In this document: positions 1 to 8,363 of the stretch, one piece after another | Layout: each line of letters starts with the position of its first letter | Position numbering within the stretch: the stretch's first letter is position 1 | NCBI GenBank assembly: GCA_965249835.1 | Contig: CBDFMY010000003.1 | Coordinates: 929,979 to 993,978 of the forward strand | Source of the DNA: Candidatus Poriferihabitaceae bacterium | GTDB taxonomy: Bacteria; Pseudomonadota; Gammaproteobacteria; Arenicellales; Poriferihabitantaceae | Reading direction: 5' to 3' | DNA: 64,000 bases | Position numbers and translations under genes: made by a program | Notes under the pieces: model-generated | What the model was told of the DNA's origin: nothing | Database searches by the model: none | Seen by the model: only the letters and a program-made list of their open reading frames with translations

Positions 1-846
1 GTGATGATTGCGGTGCCGCGTTTGTATCGAAACATCATGCTGGGGCTGGAGAAAAAATTTCAGGAAGGCGGCAAGTTGATGAGCGCATATCGTGCGCTGA
101 TGAAGCGGGCACCGATGTCGTTACGGCGGCGTATCAATGCACCGCTGCGAAAAAAACTCGGCAGTCAAATCAAAGCGTGGGTCAGCGGCGGCTCCCACCT
201 TGACGGTCGCATCAGCAGATACTATCACGACCTCGGCTTGCCGTTGCGACAAGGCTACGGGCTTACCGAAACTTCGCCGTTGACCAGTATTCAGGAAAAT
301 TTCGACCCGGCCGTGGATAGCGTCGGCAAGCCGATTGAAAAAGTTCGAGTGAAAATTCACAACCCCGATGAACACGGCAGCGGCGAAGTTTGGATTACCG
401 GACCGAATGTGATGCTCGGCTACGATGACCCGGAGCAAACCGCCGAATCTTTGCAGGACGGCTGGTTTAAGTCCGGCGACATCGGTCATGTGGACGAGTG
501 CGGCCGAATTTTTCTGACCGGTCGCTTGAAGCGGGTAATCGTTACCGAAGCGGGCAAAAATGTATATCCCGAAGAACTGGAAACTTTGTTGGAGCGCGAA
601 TCCGCGGTCAAGGAAGCCGGCGTGTTGGAAATAGATGGAAAACCGGCGTGCGTGTTAGCGTTGGATGCGAAGGACGCGACAAAAGATGCGACCGCCCATG
701 AAATTCTTGCGGCGTTCAATCAACTGGTGTCTTCCCACAACCGCATCACCCGCTTCGCGCTGGTGGATGAGTTGCCGCGCACCGCACTTGGAAAAATGGC
801 GGTGCAGGAATTGCCGGCGGTGTTTGCGCGTCACGAGGTGAAGTGA
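1..846 (+). CDS. AMP-dependent synthetase/ligase (acyl-CoA synthetase-like), C-terminal part; 5' end lies outside the window
   Basis: Frame is open from nt 1 to TGA 844-846. The translation carries adenylate-forming enzyme motifs (GYGLTETSP, WFKSGDIG, GRLKRVIV, C-terminal PRTALGKM). Confidence 0.8.
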   Translation: MMIAVPRLYRNIMLGLEKKFQEGGKLMSAYRALMKRAPMSLRRRINAPLRKKLGSQIKAWVSGGSHLDGRISRYYHDLGLPLRQGYGLTETSPLTSIQENFDPAVDSVGKPIEKVRVKIHNPDEHGSGEVWITGPNVMLGYDDPEQTAESLQDGWFKSGDIGHVDECGRIFLTGRLKRVIVTEAGKNVYPEELETLLERESAVKEAGVLEIDGKPACVLALDAKDATKDATAHEILAAFNQLVSSHNRITRFALVDELPRTALGKMAVQELPAVFARHEVK

Positions 847-937
847 ACCTTGCTGTCCTGAATAATGCCAAAAACATTCTGGACTCGTGGCATGACAAAA
901 AAGGAAGCCGACATAATGATAGCGGCGTTAGCCGGAC

Positions 938-1092
938 TTTTTTTCTCGGTTACTATTGTCTCCCAATCCGTCATTCTCGCCGGCAGGCGGGAATCCAGAC
1001 GCGGCGAAGCCGCGGGCGGCGGCTTTGCCGCCGGTAATGATAGCGGCTAACGCCGCTGAGTTTATAACCGGAGTGCCAAATGTTATGAGCCT
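938..1092. repeat. Repeat family A, copy 1 (about 155 bp intergenic element, hairpin core GTCATTCTCGCC-GGCA-GGCGGGAATCC)
   Basis: Near-identical to 23606..23796 (shared block tcgtcattctcgccggcaggcgggaatccagacgcggcg ... gatagcggctaacgcc ... tgagtttataaccgga.tgccaaatgttatgagcct). Track ORFs 843..1037 and 23514..23741 share the peptide RHSRRQAGIQTRRSR only because of this DNA repeat. Confidence 0.75.
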
Positions 1093-1177
1093 ATACAGTC
1101 CGTGTCTGGCAAAACCTTTCCAGTGATAAAATCCCGGGTGGCAAAATCCGTTTTCACGCGCCCGCCCAATCAGCAAA

Positions 1178-2587
1178 GTGCAATACATTAGCACCCGCGG
1201 CAACGCGCCGACACTAAACTTTGAACAAGCCACTCTGGCCGGGCTTGCCGCCGACGGCGGGTTATACCTGCCGCGCGTCTGGCCCAATTTCAGCGAACAA
1301 GAAATGCGCGAATTGCGCAATTTGGAATACGCGCAACTGGCATCTCGCATGGTTGCGCGTTTCAGCGGTGATTGCATTCCGGCTGACACATTGGAGCGGA
1401 TCAGCACGCAAGCCTGGGGTAATTCAGGGGGCAATTTTTCCCACCCGAAAGTAGCACCGCTCAAGCAATTGGACGAATCGTTATATGTAATGGAATTGTT
1501 TCATGGTCCGACTTTGGCGTTCAAAGATTTCGCGTTGCAATTTCTTGGCCGGTTGTTCGGTTACTTCCTCGACCGGCGCGGGCAGCGTTGCACCATCATC
1601 GGTGCCACTTCCGGCGACACCGGTCCGGCCGCCATTGAAGCGGTGCGTGGCATTGATGCAGTGACCTTATATATGCTGCATCCGCATGGCCGGGTGTCCG
1701 AAGTGCAACGCCGCCAGATGACCACGGTGGTGGAGCGCAACATTCACAACCTCGCGGTGGACGGCGATTTTGACGACTGCCAGAACCTGGTCAAGGCGAT
1801 GTTCAACGATGCCGAGTTTCGTGAGCAGCACGCGCTGGCGGCGGTCAATTCCATCAACTGGGCGCGGATTGCGGCGCAGGTTGGGTATTATTTTTACGCC
1901 GCGTTGCAACTCGGTGCGCCACAGCGCGCGGTTAATTTTGCGGTGCCGACCGGCAATTTCGGTAATGTTTTTGCCGGCTACGCGGCGCGGGAAATGGGAC
2001 TTCCCATCAATCGCCTGATTATCGGCTGCAACAGCAATGATATTTTGACGCGGTTTTTCGAAAGTGGTGCGATGAAAAAAAATCAGGTGACGCCGAGCAT
2101 TTCGCCGAGCATGGATATTCAGATTTCCAGCAACTTCGAACGCTATTTGTTCGAATTGCTGGAGCGTGACAGCACCCGCATCCGCGACTTGATGACGCGC
2201 TTCGCCGCGCATGGGGAATTCGCGGTGCCGCGTGAAGCGCATCAAAAAGCAACCGAATTGTTTTTCGCGCATCAATTTTCCGACCGGCAAACTCGTGCGC
2301 AAATAAAACGGGTGTATGAAGAGAGTGGGGAATTGTTGGACCCACATTCGGCGATCGGCGTGGCGGCGGCGCGAAAATATCTTGCCAATCATTCATCGAC
2401 TACCGAACCCACCATCGTGCTTGCCACCGCGCATCCGGCGAAGTTTGCCGATGCGGTGCAACACGCTTGTGATGTGTCGCCGTCATTGCCGCCGGATTTG
2501 CGCGCGATTATGCAACGCGAAGAGCATTACACACGTGTGCCGAATGATTTGTCGGCGGTGAAGTCGGTGATTGGGCGTGGTGATTGA
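1178..2587 (+). CDS. thrC: threonine synthase
   Basis: 469-aa ORF with GTG start. The N-terminus MQYISTRGNAPTLNFEQA and the PLP-lysine context HGPTLAFKDFALQ are classic ThrC. Confidence 0.93.
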   Translation: MQYISTRGNAPTLNFEQATLAGLAADGGLYLPRVWPNFSEQEMRELRNLEYAQLASRMVARFSGDCIPADTLERISTQAWGNSGGNFSHPKVAPLKQLDESLYVMELFHGPTLAFKDFALQFLGRLFGYFLDRRGQRCTIIGATSGDTGPAAIEAVRGIDAVTLYMLHPHGRVSEVQRRQMTTVVERNIHNLAVDGDFDDCQNLVKAMFNDAEFREQHALAAVNSINWARIAAQVGYYFYAALQLGAPQRAVNFAVPTGNFGNVFAGYAAREMGLPINRLIIGCNSNDILTRFFESGAMKKNQVTPSISPSMDIQISSNFERYLFELLERDSTRIRDLMTRFAAHGEFAVPREAHQKATELFFAHQFSDRQTRAQIKRVYEESGELLDPHSAIGVAAARKYLANHSSTTEPTIVLATAHPAKFADAVQHACDVSPSLPPDLRAIMQREEHYTRVPNDLSAVKSVIGRGD

Positions 2588-3494
2588 ACGCGGCGGCGCT
2601 TATATTCGTCGACATTGGCGCGGCGAGTTATCGTTGCCGGTTTCCTTTTGGATAAACTTTTTTCTGGTCTACCTCGCCCTCGCGTTGCTGCAACAATTTT
2701 TTCTCACGCCGCATGTTTTTGGCAAAGTTAATTTGGGCGAAGTCGCGGTCATTTATTCGGTCACGATATTTTCAATCGTGGCGCACGCAATCATTTATCC
2801 GTGGCAAATCATCGGCGTGATTCGCGCCTGCGAACGCCGCATCAAAAATCGCACCGACCGCTCCTGGGCGATTGCCGCCGAGGGAGTCGTGGTATTGAGC
2901 ATCGCCGCAACGCTCGCCGCGGTTTTCTCCAGTTACCAATCAGTGCTGGGTTACCAAAGCAGTTTGCGCCTGCCGGAGAATTCCGAAACCGAACGCGCAT
3001 ATCAACTCGACCTGATTCGGGGAAACACACTCATTCACTTGCGCGGGGTTTTCGAAGTCGGGATTACTCGGCGGGTCTCCCGATTGCTCGACCACCATTC
3101 GCAAATTACCGGCATCATTCTGGACAGCGACGGCGGGCAAATTTACGAAGGTCGCGGGCTAGCGCGGTTGATTAAGGAAAACAAATTGGCTACTTATTCG
3201 CTGGAGCAATGCGTGTCGTCCTGCGCCACCGCGTTCATAGCCGGCACCCGGCGCACGCTGGGCGTCGGCGCGAAACTGGGGTTTCATCAATACAAAAAAT
3301 ACGCGGTGATGCCGCCCATCAACATCGACGAAGAACAAGATAAAGACCGGGCATTGTTCGAAGCACAAGGCATCTCCCCGACATTTTTGCGCAAAATGTT
3401 TGCGCAGCCGCCGGACAAAATGTGGTGGCCCGGCGAACAGGAATTGCTTGACGCCGGGGTTGTCCATGAAACCGGTTTTTCTTTGCCGCCGTGA
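2571..3494 (+). CDS. membrane protein with C-terminal ClpP/S49-like peptidase-fold domain (tentative)
   Basis: 307-aa ORF overlapping the thrC stop. It has several N-terminal hydrophobic helices. The C-terminal segment ILDSDGGQIYEGRGLARLI...CVSSCATAFIAG resembles ClpP/S49-class serine peptidases. The family call is weak. Confidence 0.5.
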   Translation: MGVVIERGGAYIRRHWRGELSLPVSFWINFFLVYLALALLQQFFLTPHVFGKVNLGEVAVIYSVTIFSIVAHAIIYPWQIIGVIRACERRIKNRTDRSWAIAAEGVVVLSIAATLAAVFSSYQSVLGYQSSLRLPENSETERAYQLDLIRGNTLIHLRGVFEVGITRRVSRLLDHHSQITGIILDSDGGQIYEGRGLARLIKENKLATYSLEQCVSSCATAFIAGTRRTLGVGAKLGFHQYKKYAVMPPINIDEEQDKDRALFEAQGISPTFLRKMFAQPPDKMWWPGEQELLDAGVVHETGFSLPP

Positions 3495-3531
3495 ATGTGC
3501 GTTCGGCGTAGCCGGACTCCTTACCAATAGA

Positions 3532-4107
3532 TTATTGCCGTCTGCTGTCGCTGCGCATATCCGGCAAATCTTCATGCATTCGCTCGCCGGTGCGCGGATG
3601 CGCGAGTGTCGGCAGGTTCGGTTTGATGTCGTGAAAATGTTCATCAATCGAATACATCACCAGCCGATTGTATTCGCTCGCGCCAATGGTCAACTTACCG
3701 GCGTCGGCGATGCATTGACGCACTGTCGGCGAGTTCCATTTTTTGAACGTAATGAAAATACCCATTGCCGCTTTGCCGCCGGCAAGTGAATCGCAGAATG
3801 CGCGCAACTCATTTACATTGGGCGTGCCACCTTTTACTTGTGCGATGCACAATCCATTTTTCAAAGAGGGATCGTGCAACATACCGCGTCCGTCAATGCC
3901 ACCATCACCGCGTTGTACGGTGTTCGGTGCAAAACCGCGAATGCGAGTAACCGCCCACTTCTCAAAATCAAACGGCTTGGTGCGCGCAAAGTGTTGTGCC
4001 GCCGCAATATCTTTCGGCACGCCCACTACCGGAATGTCCATGTCATTCAATCGTTCGCGACGAATCACCTCAATGGCATATGTCGAAATATCAATGCCCG
4101 CCCACGC
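3532..4107 (-). pseudogene. relic of a DNA methyltransferase C-terminal tail fused to an Mrr-type (PD-(D/E)xK) restriction endonuclease domain
   Basis: Homology begins abruptly at [18 protein letters not shown], a typical methylase C-terminal helix. It continues into GDGGIDGRGML...CIAQVKGG (Mrr_cat-like D..GIDG / QxK). No methylase catalytic domain lies upstream. The first ~37 codons of track ORF 3532..4209 overlap the ileS remnant and look non-coding. An internal ATG at 4041 could still give a 169-aa nuclease-domain protein. Confidence 0.55.
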
Positions 4108-4874
4108 GCACGTAGTCGATATCCGCGCCCACCGCCAGTAGCAAGTTGGACGGCAAGGTCCACGGCGTGGTGGTCCACACCAGCAGCGAAGTGTTGTCCT
4201 CGCCGGCAAGCCGAAAGCGCACCGTAATCGAAGGATCCTCCCCGGTAGCCTTGCGCCACTTCGTGGGATGACAGTGTGGCGCCAATGCGCGGATCATACG
4301 GCACTACTTTGTAGCCTTTGTAGATCAAACCCTTGTCCCAAATTCGCTTTAACAAATTCCAGGTTGACTCGATATAGTCGTTGTCCAGCGTATAGTAAGC
4401 CTGGTCAAGGTTCACCCAATAACCCATGCGCCGGGTCATCCGCTCCCATTCGCCGATGTAGGTCATCACCGATTCGCGGCAGCGGCGGTTGAACTCGGCG
4501 ACGCCAACTTGGCTTTCGATTTCCTTCTTGTCAAAGATGCCCAGTTGCTTTTCTATTTCATGCTCCACCGGCAAGCCGTGGGTATCCCAGCCGCCCTTGC
4601 GCGGCGCATAGTAGCCGCGCATGGTTTTGTATCTGGGATAAATGTCCTTGAACGCGCGCGCCAGCACATGATGGATTCCCGGCTTGCCGTTTGCCGTGGG
4701 CGGGCCTTCGTTGAAACTGAACCGCGGCTTGCACGCGCTTTGGGCAAGGGATTTTTCAAAAATAGCATGCTCCTCCCAAAACTTGAGTATGCGCTGTTCC
4801 AGTTGCGGCCCGTTATAGCGGCCCTGGACTTCATCAAAAACCTGCGCTTCAACAATGTTTTTTTCGTCGTGCAT
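4091..4874 (-). pseudogene. ileS: isoleucyl-tRNA synthetase (type 2 / eukaryote-like), N-terminal ~325 codons only, frameshifted
   Basis: The translation shows PRFSFNEGPPTANGKPGIHHVLARAFKDIYPRYKTMRGYYAPRKGGWDTHGLPVE (HIGH region). Homology switches frame near 4238-4244 (HEVAQGYR / [11 protein letters not shown]...[11 protein letters not shown]) and ends at ...ADIDYVRV. A full IleRS is about 1000 aa. Confidence 0.8.
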
Positions 4875-4919
4875 GAATTAAATACTTTTTTGTATCCAAA
4901 CTTCAAGATTGCTATACGT

Positions 4920-4961
4920 AAAAAAGCCCCGGAGATGTTATCTAAATAACCTCTCCGGGGC
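4920..4961 (-). terminator. intrinsic terminator of the T-box leader
   Basis: GCCCCGGAGA(g)GUUAU-UUAG-AUAAC(a)UCUCCGGGGC followed by U6 on the minus strand. The 5' arm overlaps the 3' arm of the antiterminator. Confidence 0.8.
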
Positions 4962-5170
4962 GATGGTTATTCGCGGTACCACCCGGTTTCAACTGGATTT
5001 CACAATCCAGGCCTCTTAGTGAGTGCAATCCCCTCGGACACGCACTCTTGCTTTGTTTCGTAAGCAACCCGGCTGAGTCTACTCAGAAATTGATTTCTTT
5101 TCGGTCAGCAGCTCCATGGTGATATTCATCGGTGTCACACATTGGGCTTGCACCATCCCCAACTCGCTTG
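4920..5170 (-). promoter_or_regulatory. T-box leader (tRNA-sensing transcription attenuator) upstream of the ileS remnant
   Basis: The minus strand reads GGGUGGUACCGCG (4972-4984), the invariant T-box core. It folds as the canonical antiterminator: A1 CCGGG/CCCGG, 7-nt bulge UGGUACC, A2 GCGA/UCGC. This competes with the terminator at 4926-4961. There is a stem III-like hairpin at 4993-5010 and Stem I-like AGCGAG and GGUGCAAG motifs at 5147-5168. The 5' boundary is approximate. Confidence 0.75.
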
Positions 5171-5369
5171 CTCCATTTTGTATTTGTGTTTGTATTCGCG
5201 ACCTTATTTCCACGAGTACATGGGTATATATAGATGGAAGCCGTAACGGATCGATTACTCGTCCCCTTCAAAGCATAAGGGTGAATGTACTCGTTGTCCG
5301 GTTTTATAGCAAGCATGGCGTTGATGGCTTCGGAGAAGAGTGATTAATTCATCCTCAAGTATAATGAAA

Positions 5370-6182
5370 TTATCTACCGACACCTTGTCTCCAATCATCG
5401 GCAAATATCCATCTATTTTCTTCAGGCAACCATATTTGCCAGTCCCGCCATCCGTTTCGGCTTGTGTTAGTAATATATACAGACGCGGCTGAAAAAGATG
5501 AAAACTCTTGCTGAATACCTGCAATCAAAATTTTACCCGCTAAGATTTCACCGCGATATTCTTTATGTTGAAAAGTGGCTTTGCATATTGTGTTATTGGG
5601 CATATCTTTGAGCGTGAGGCCGTTCACACTTTTTCTATTAACAAGCTCCTCGTCTATATGATGGGTTTCATTTTTATTTTCGTTCCACCATCGATTGAAG
5701 GCATTTGTGTTTTCCTCGCTTCTGGGGTGGCAGCCCTTATGCATTAAAGCACCGTTGCTTAAATCTGTTTTTCCTCCTTGATGATGAGGTATTACATGAT
5801 GGATTTCCATCTCTTCCCATAATACTTCATGCGGTTTCCCTTCTTTCAGACACCACTGGCACTGTTTTTTGTCTCTTATGTAGATAATAGTACGTTGTAA
5901 ATCAGAAAAAATACGTTCTGTATCTTTTTTTCTTAAATGAGAAGACAGAATCTCTAGCATTTCACTAAGAAAGAATTCATGGCGGTTTTCAATGATTTGG
6001 CCTTCATCGCTACTCGTCCGCGTCCATCGAGAGTACCGTTTCCAATACGCGTCATATTTGGATTCTTCATTATTTTTCTGTGCTTTGTCTGCTTCTTTCC
6101 ATCGGCTACGGAATTTTATATGGGCATCAACAAGATGGCCTTCCCATCCAAAAGCATAATCTTTGATTAACAAATCGATCAA
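5370..6182 (-). CDS. HNH endonuclease domain plus RAMA-like C-terminal domain; 3' part of a frameshifted DUF262-HNH (GmrSD-like type IV restriction) gene
   Basis: HNH signature CQWC...EIHHVIPHHQGGKTDLSNGALMHKGCH. The C-terminal YRGEILAGKILIAGIQQEFSSFSAASVYITNTSRNGWRDWQIW resembles the RAMA domain (tentative). The frame stays open upstream of the TTG start. AT-rich. Confidence 0.7.
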   Translation of the reverse strand: MIDLLIKDYAFGWEGHLVDAHIKFRSRWKEADKAQKNNEESKYDAYWKRYSRWTRTSSDEGQIIENRHEFFLSEMLEILSSHLRKKDTERIFSDLQRTIIYIRDKKQCQWCLKEGKPHEVLWEEMEIHHVIPHHQGGKTDLSNGALMHKGCHPRSEENTNAFNRWWNENKNETHHIDEELVNRKSVNGLTLKDMPNNTICKATFQHKEYRGEILAGKILIAGIQQEFSSFSAASVYITNTSRNGWRDWQIWLPEENRWIFADDWRQGVGR

Positions 6183-6208
6183 TACAATAAGGTGAATGGC
6201 TTCATGCC

Positions 6209-7072
6209 CTACAAGTTTTGGACCTTTTTTAGCAAAAGATGGGTTAATTTCTCTATGGCTTTTTGAAAATCTTTGGCAGCATCACAGTTCTTGTCAAAAC
6301 CTATATTTTGGTGATAAAAATTATCAAGATTTTGCGATTTGATAGCGCAGAAACTTTTTTTCTTGTCATTCCTTTGATCAAAGAAAATCATGGCTAGTTG
6401 AGCCGCTAACTGTCGTTTTCTGCTACTACTATTAGTTCTAATAATCTCCCTGAAGAATTGCCATCCGATTTTTCCGCTATCACCATCTTCTGGATTCAAT
6501 GCTTCTTTACCTGCGATTTCTAAAATATATTTCGTAAATCCACCCGGCCATGCATCTCTTTTATCTTGAGCGCTTAAAGGGGTTCCTCCCTGTAATCGGA
6601 TAAAAAGGTCTCTCACTTCATTATCATTGTTTGTAGTAATTTCGTAAATAACAACTGTTTGGGTTCGTAATCTCTCTTGGTATTCGATCTTTAATTCTGA
6701 AAATGTTTTTCCTGCCCAACCGCATGGTTTGCCTTGAACAAAATTAGGAAATTTGAAACTTGATTCTTTTGGATCTAATAAAACAAATGTGCCTGCTGTA
6801 AATTCTTTCAAAGCACGAATTCTTTGTTGCCCATCAATAACATCAAATTGTTTTATTTCCTTTCCATTTTCGGCTGGTGTAAAAGTGCCTTTGAAATGAA
6901 AATAAAATGCGGGAATAGAATAGTTACGCAAGACAGAATCAATAAACATTTGTTTTTGGCTTTTGCTCCACACAGCCGATCTCTGATATTCGTCGTTAAA
7001 GCGAAGTTTAACTTCTTCGTTCTCGTTCACGAGAAAATTTATGGTTTTATCTGTGGTAGTTTCAATATTCAT
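6209..7072 (-). CDS. DUF262 (ParB/GmrS-like) domain protein; 5' part of the same frameshifted gene
   Basis: Motifs EYQRSAVWSKSQKQMFIDSVLRNYSIPAFYF, VIDGQQRIRAL and RDLFIRLQGGTPLSAQDKRDAWPG. Start chosen at ATG 7072 (MNIETTT) with GGAGGA 8 nt upstream. The track ORF extends to TTG 7147, inside the IS inverted repeat. Confidence 0.75.
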   Translation of the reverse strand: MNIETTTDKTINFLVNENEEVKLRFNDEYQRSAVWSKSQKQMFIDSVLRNYSIPAFYFHFKGTFTPAENGKEIKQFDVIDGQQRIRALKEFTAGTFVLLDPKESSFKFPNFVQGKPCGWAGKTFSELKIEYQERLRTQTVVIYEITTNNDNEVRDLFIRLQGGTPLSAQDKRDAWPGGFTKYILEIAGKEALNPEDGDSGKIGWQFFREIIRTNSSSRKRQLAAQLAMIFFDQRNDKKKSFCAIKSQNLDNFYHQNIGFDKNCDAAKDFQKAIEKLTHLLLKKVQNL

Positions 7073-7123
7073 TTCTTTGCTTCCTCCAAATATTTTTTCA
7101 ATGATAAAATGATTACTGTAAGT

Positions 7124-8288
7124 CACTGCTGTCCCATTAACAGGCAAAAAAGATGGTCTGATTCGCTCTGAATTGATACAATGAATTTATCTACAACTTG
7201 TTGAATCAAATAGGAGAATCAGACCATGGCGCATTGTAATACAGTTTTATCGCAACTCCTCAAATGGGTGCCGAGACATGAATTCGAGAGCCTGGCCAAA
7301 CGGCATCCATCATAGTGGCCGCTCGTTCCGTGTCGCGTCGCGTTGGGCGCAGTTCGTCGAACTGTCCCGCTCCAGCCTGGCGCGCATCAACCGGGACAAG
7401 CCTTATACGTTGTACGAGGCACTGTTCAAGAAACTGTTGCGACGTTGCCAAGGGGTCGCGGGCATAAGTTTCGTTTCAGTATTCGCTTGATGCCAGCACC
7501 ATCAAGTTGTGCCTCTCGGCCTTCCCGTGGGCCGATTTCCGAACGACCAAGGGGGCGGTCAAGCTGCATGTCGGGCTGAACCACCGCGGTTGCCTGCCCG
7601 AGTTCGCAGCCATCACCGACGGCAAAACCAGCGACCTCGCTATCGGGCGCGCGCTGCGTTTCCCCAAAGGCAGCCTGGTCGCCATCGACCGCGGATATAA
7701 CGACTATGGCTAGTATAAACAGTTGCATGACAACGGCACATTCTTGGTCACTCGTATCAAGAAAGACGCGGCGTATCGCGTTGTCGGTCGCGCGGCGGTG
7801 TTGAAGAGCAAGGGATTAACCTGCGACCAGCGCATCGTGTTCACCGGCCTCAAGGCAGCCAGACAATGCCCCATCCCATTGCGCTGCATCGGCTACCGCG
7901 ATGCCAAGACCGGCAAGCATTACGTTTTCTTGACCCATCATTTGAAACTGGCGGCCAAGACGGTCGCCGACCTTTATCAAGCGCGTTGGCAGGTGGAATT
8001 GTTGTTTAAGTGGATCAAGCAAAACCTGAAGATAAAGTCCTTCATCGGCACCAGCAATAACGCGGTGATGACGCAAATATGGATCGCGCTGTGCGTGTAT
8101 TTACTCTTGGCGTTCATCAAATTCCAGTCGCGGCTGGACAAAAGCATGCAACAAATGCTCCGCGTGTTGCAGCTTAACTTGTTCGACAAGCGCGACTTGA
8201 TGGCGCTCTTGCGTGGCGACCGGCCCCCCAGACCCGGCTTCAATCGCAATCAGGCCTTGTTGCTGTGAAAGTTAATGGGACAGCAGTG
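7124..8288 (+). mobile_element. degenerate IS4-family insertion sequence (about 1165 bp)
   Basis: Perfect 18-bp terminal inverted repeats CACTGCTGTCCCATTAAC at 7124-7141 and 8271-8288 (reverse complement) bracket the transposase remnants. No flanking direct repeat was seen. Confidence 0.8.
7226..8268 (+). pseudogene. IS4-family DDE transposase (DUF4372-type N-terminus + DDE_Tnp_1), multiply disrupted
   Basis: The N-terminus MAHCNTVLSQLLKWVPRHEFESLAKRH stops at TAG 7313-7315. Homology continues in other frames (HSGRSFRVASRW..., GHKFRF..., FPWADFRTTKGAVKLHVGLNHRGCLPEF...AIDRGYNDYG). There is an in-frame TAG at 7711-7713. The intact C-terminal part is 7723..8268 (YQARWQVELLFKWIKQNLKIKSF). Confidence 0.8.
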
Positions 8289-8363
8289 TTCACAAGAACA
8301 ATCGAGTTTTTCCGTAAATGTGGAATTTTTAAGGATGCCTCTTTTTCTCACCCATAGTGCGAG

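Noticed and set aside
5083-5343. Small ORFs 5083..5316 (-) and 5116..5343 (+)
   Set aside because: They lie in the AT-rich T-box leader/upstream region. They show no motifs and overlap each other on opposite strands. An RNA leader explains this stretch better.
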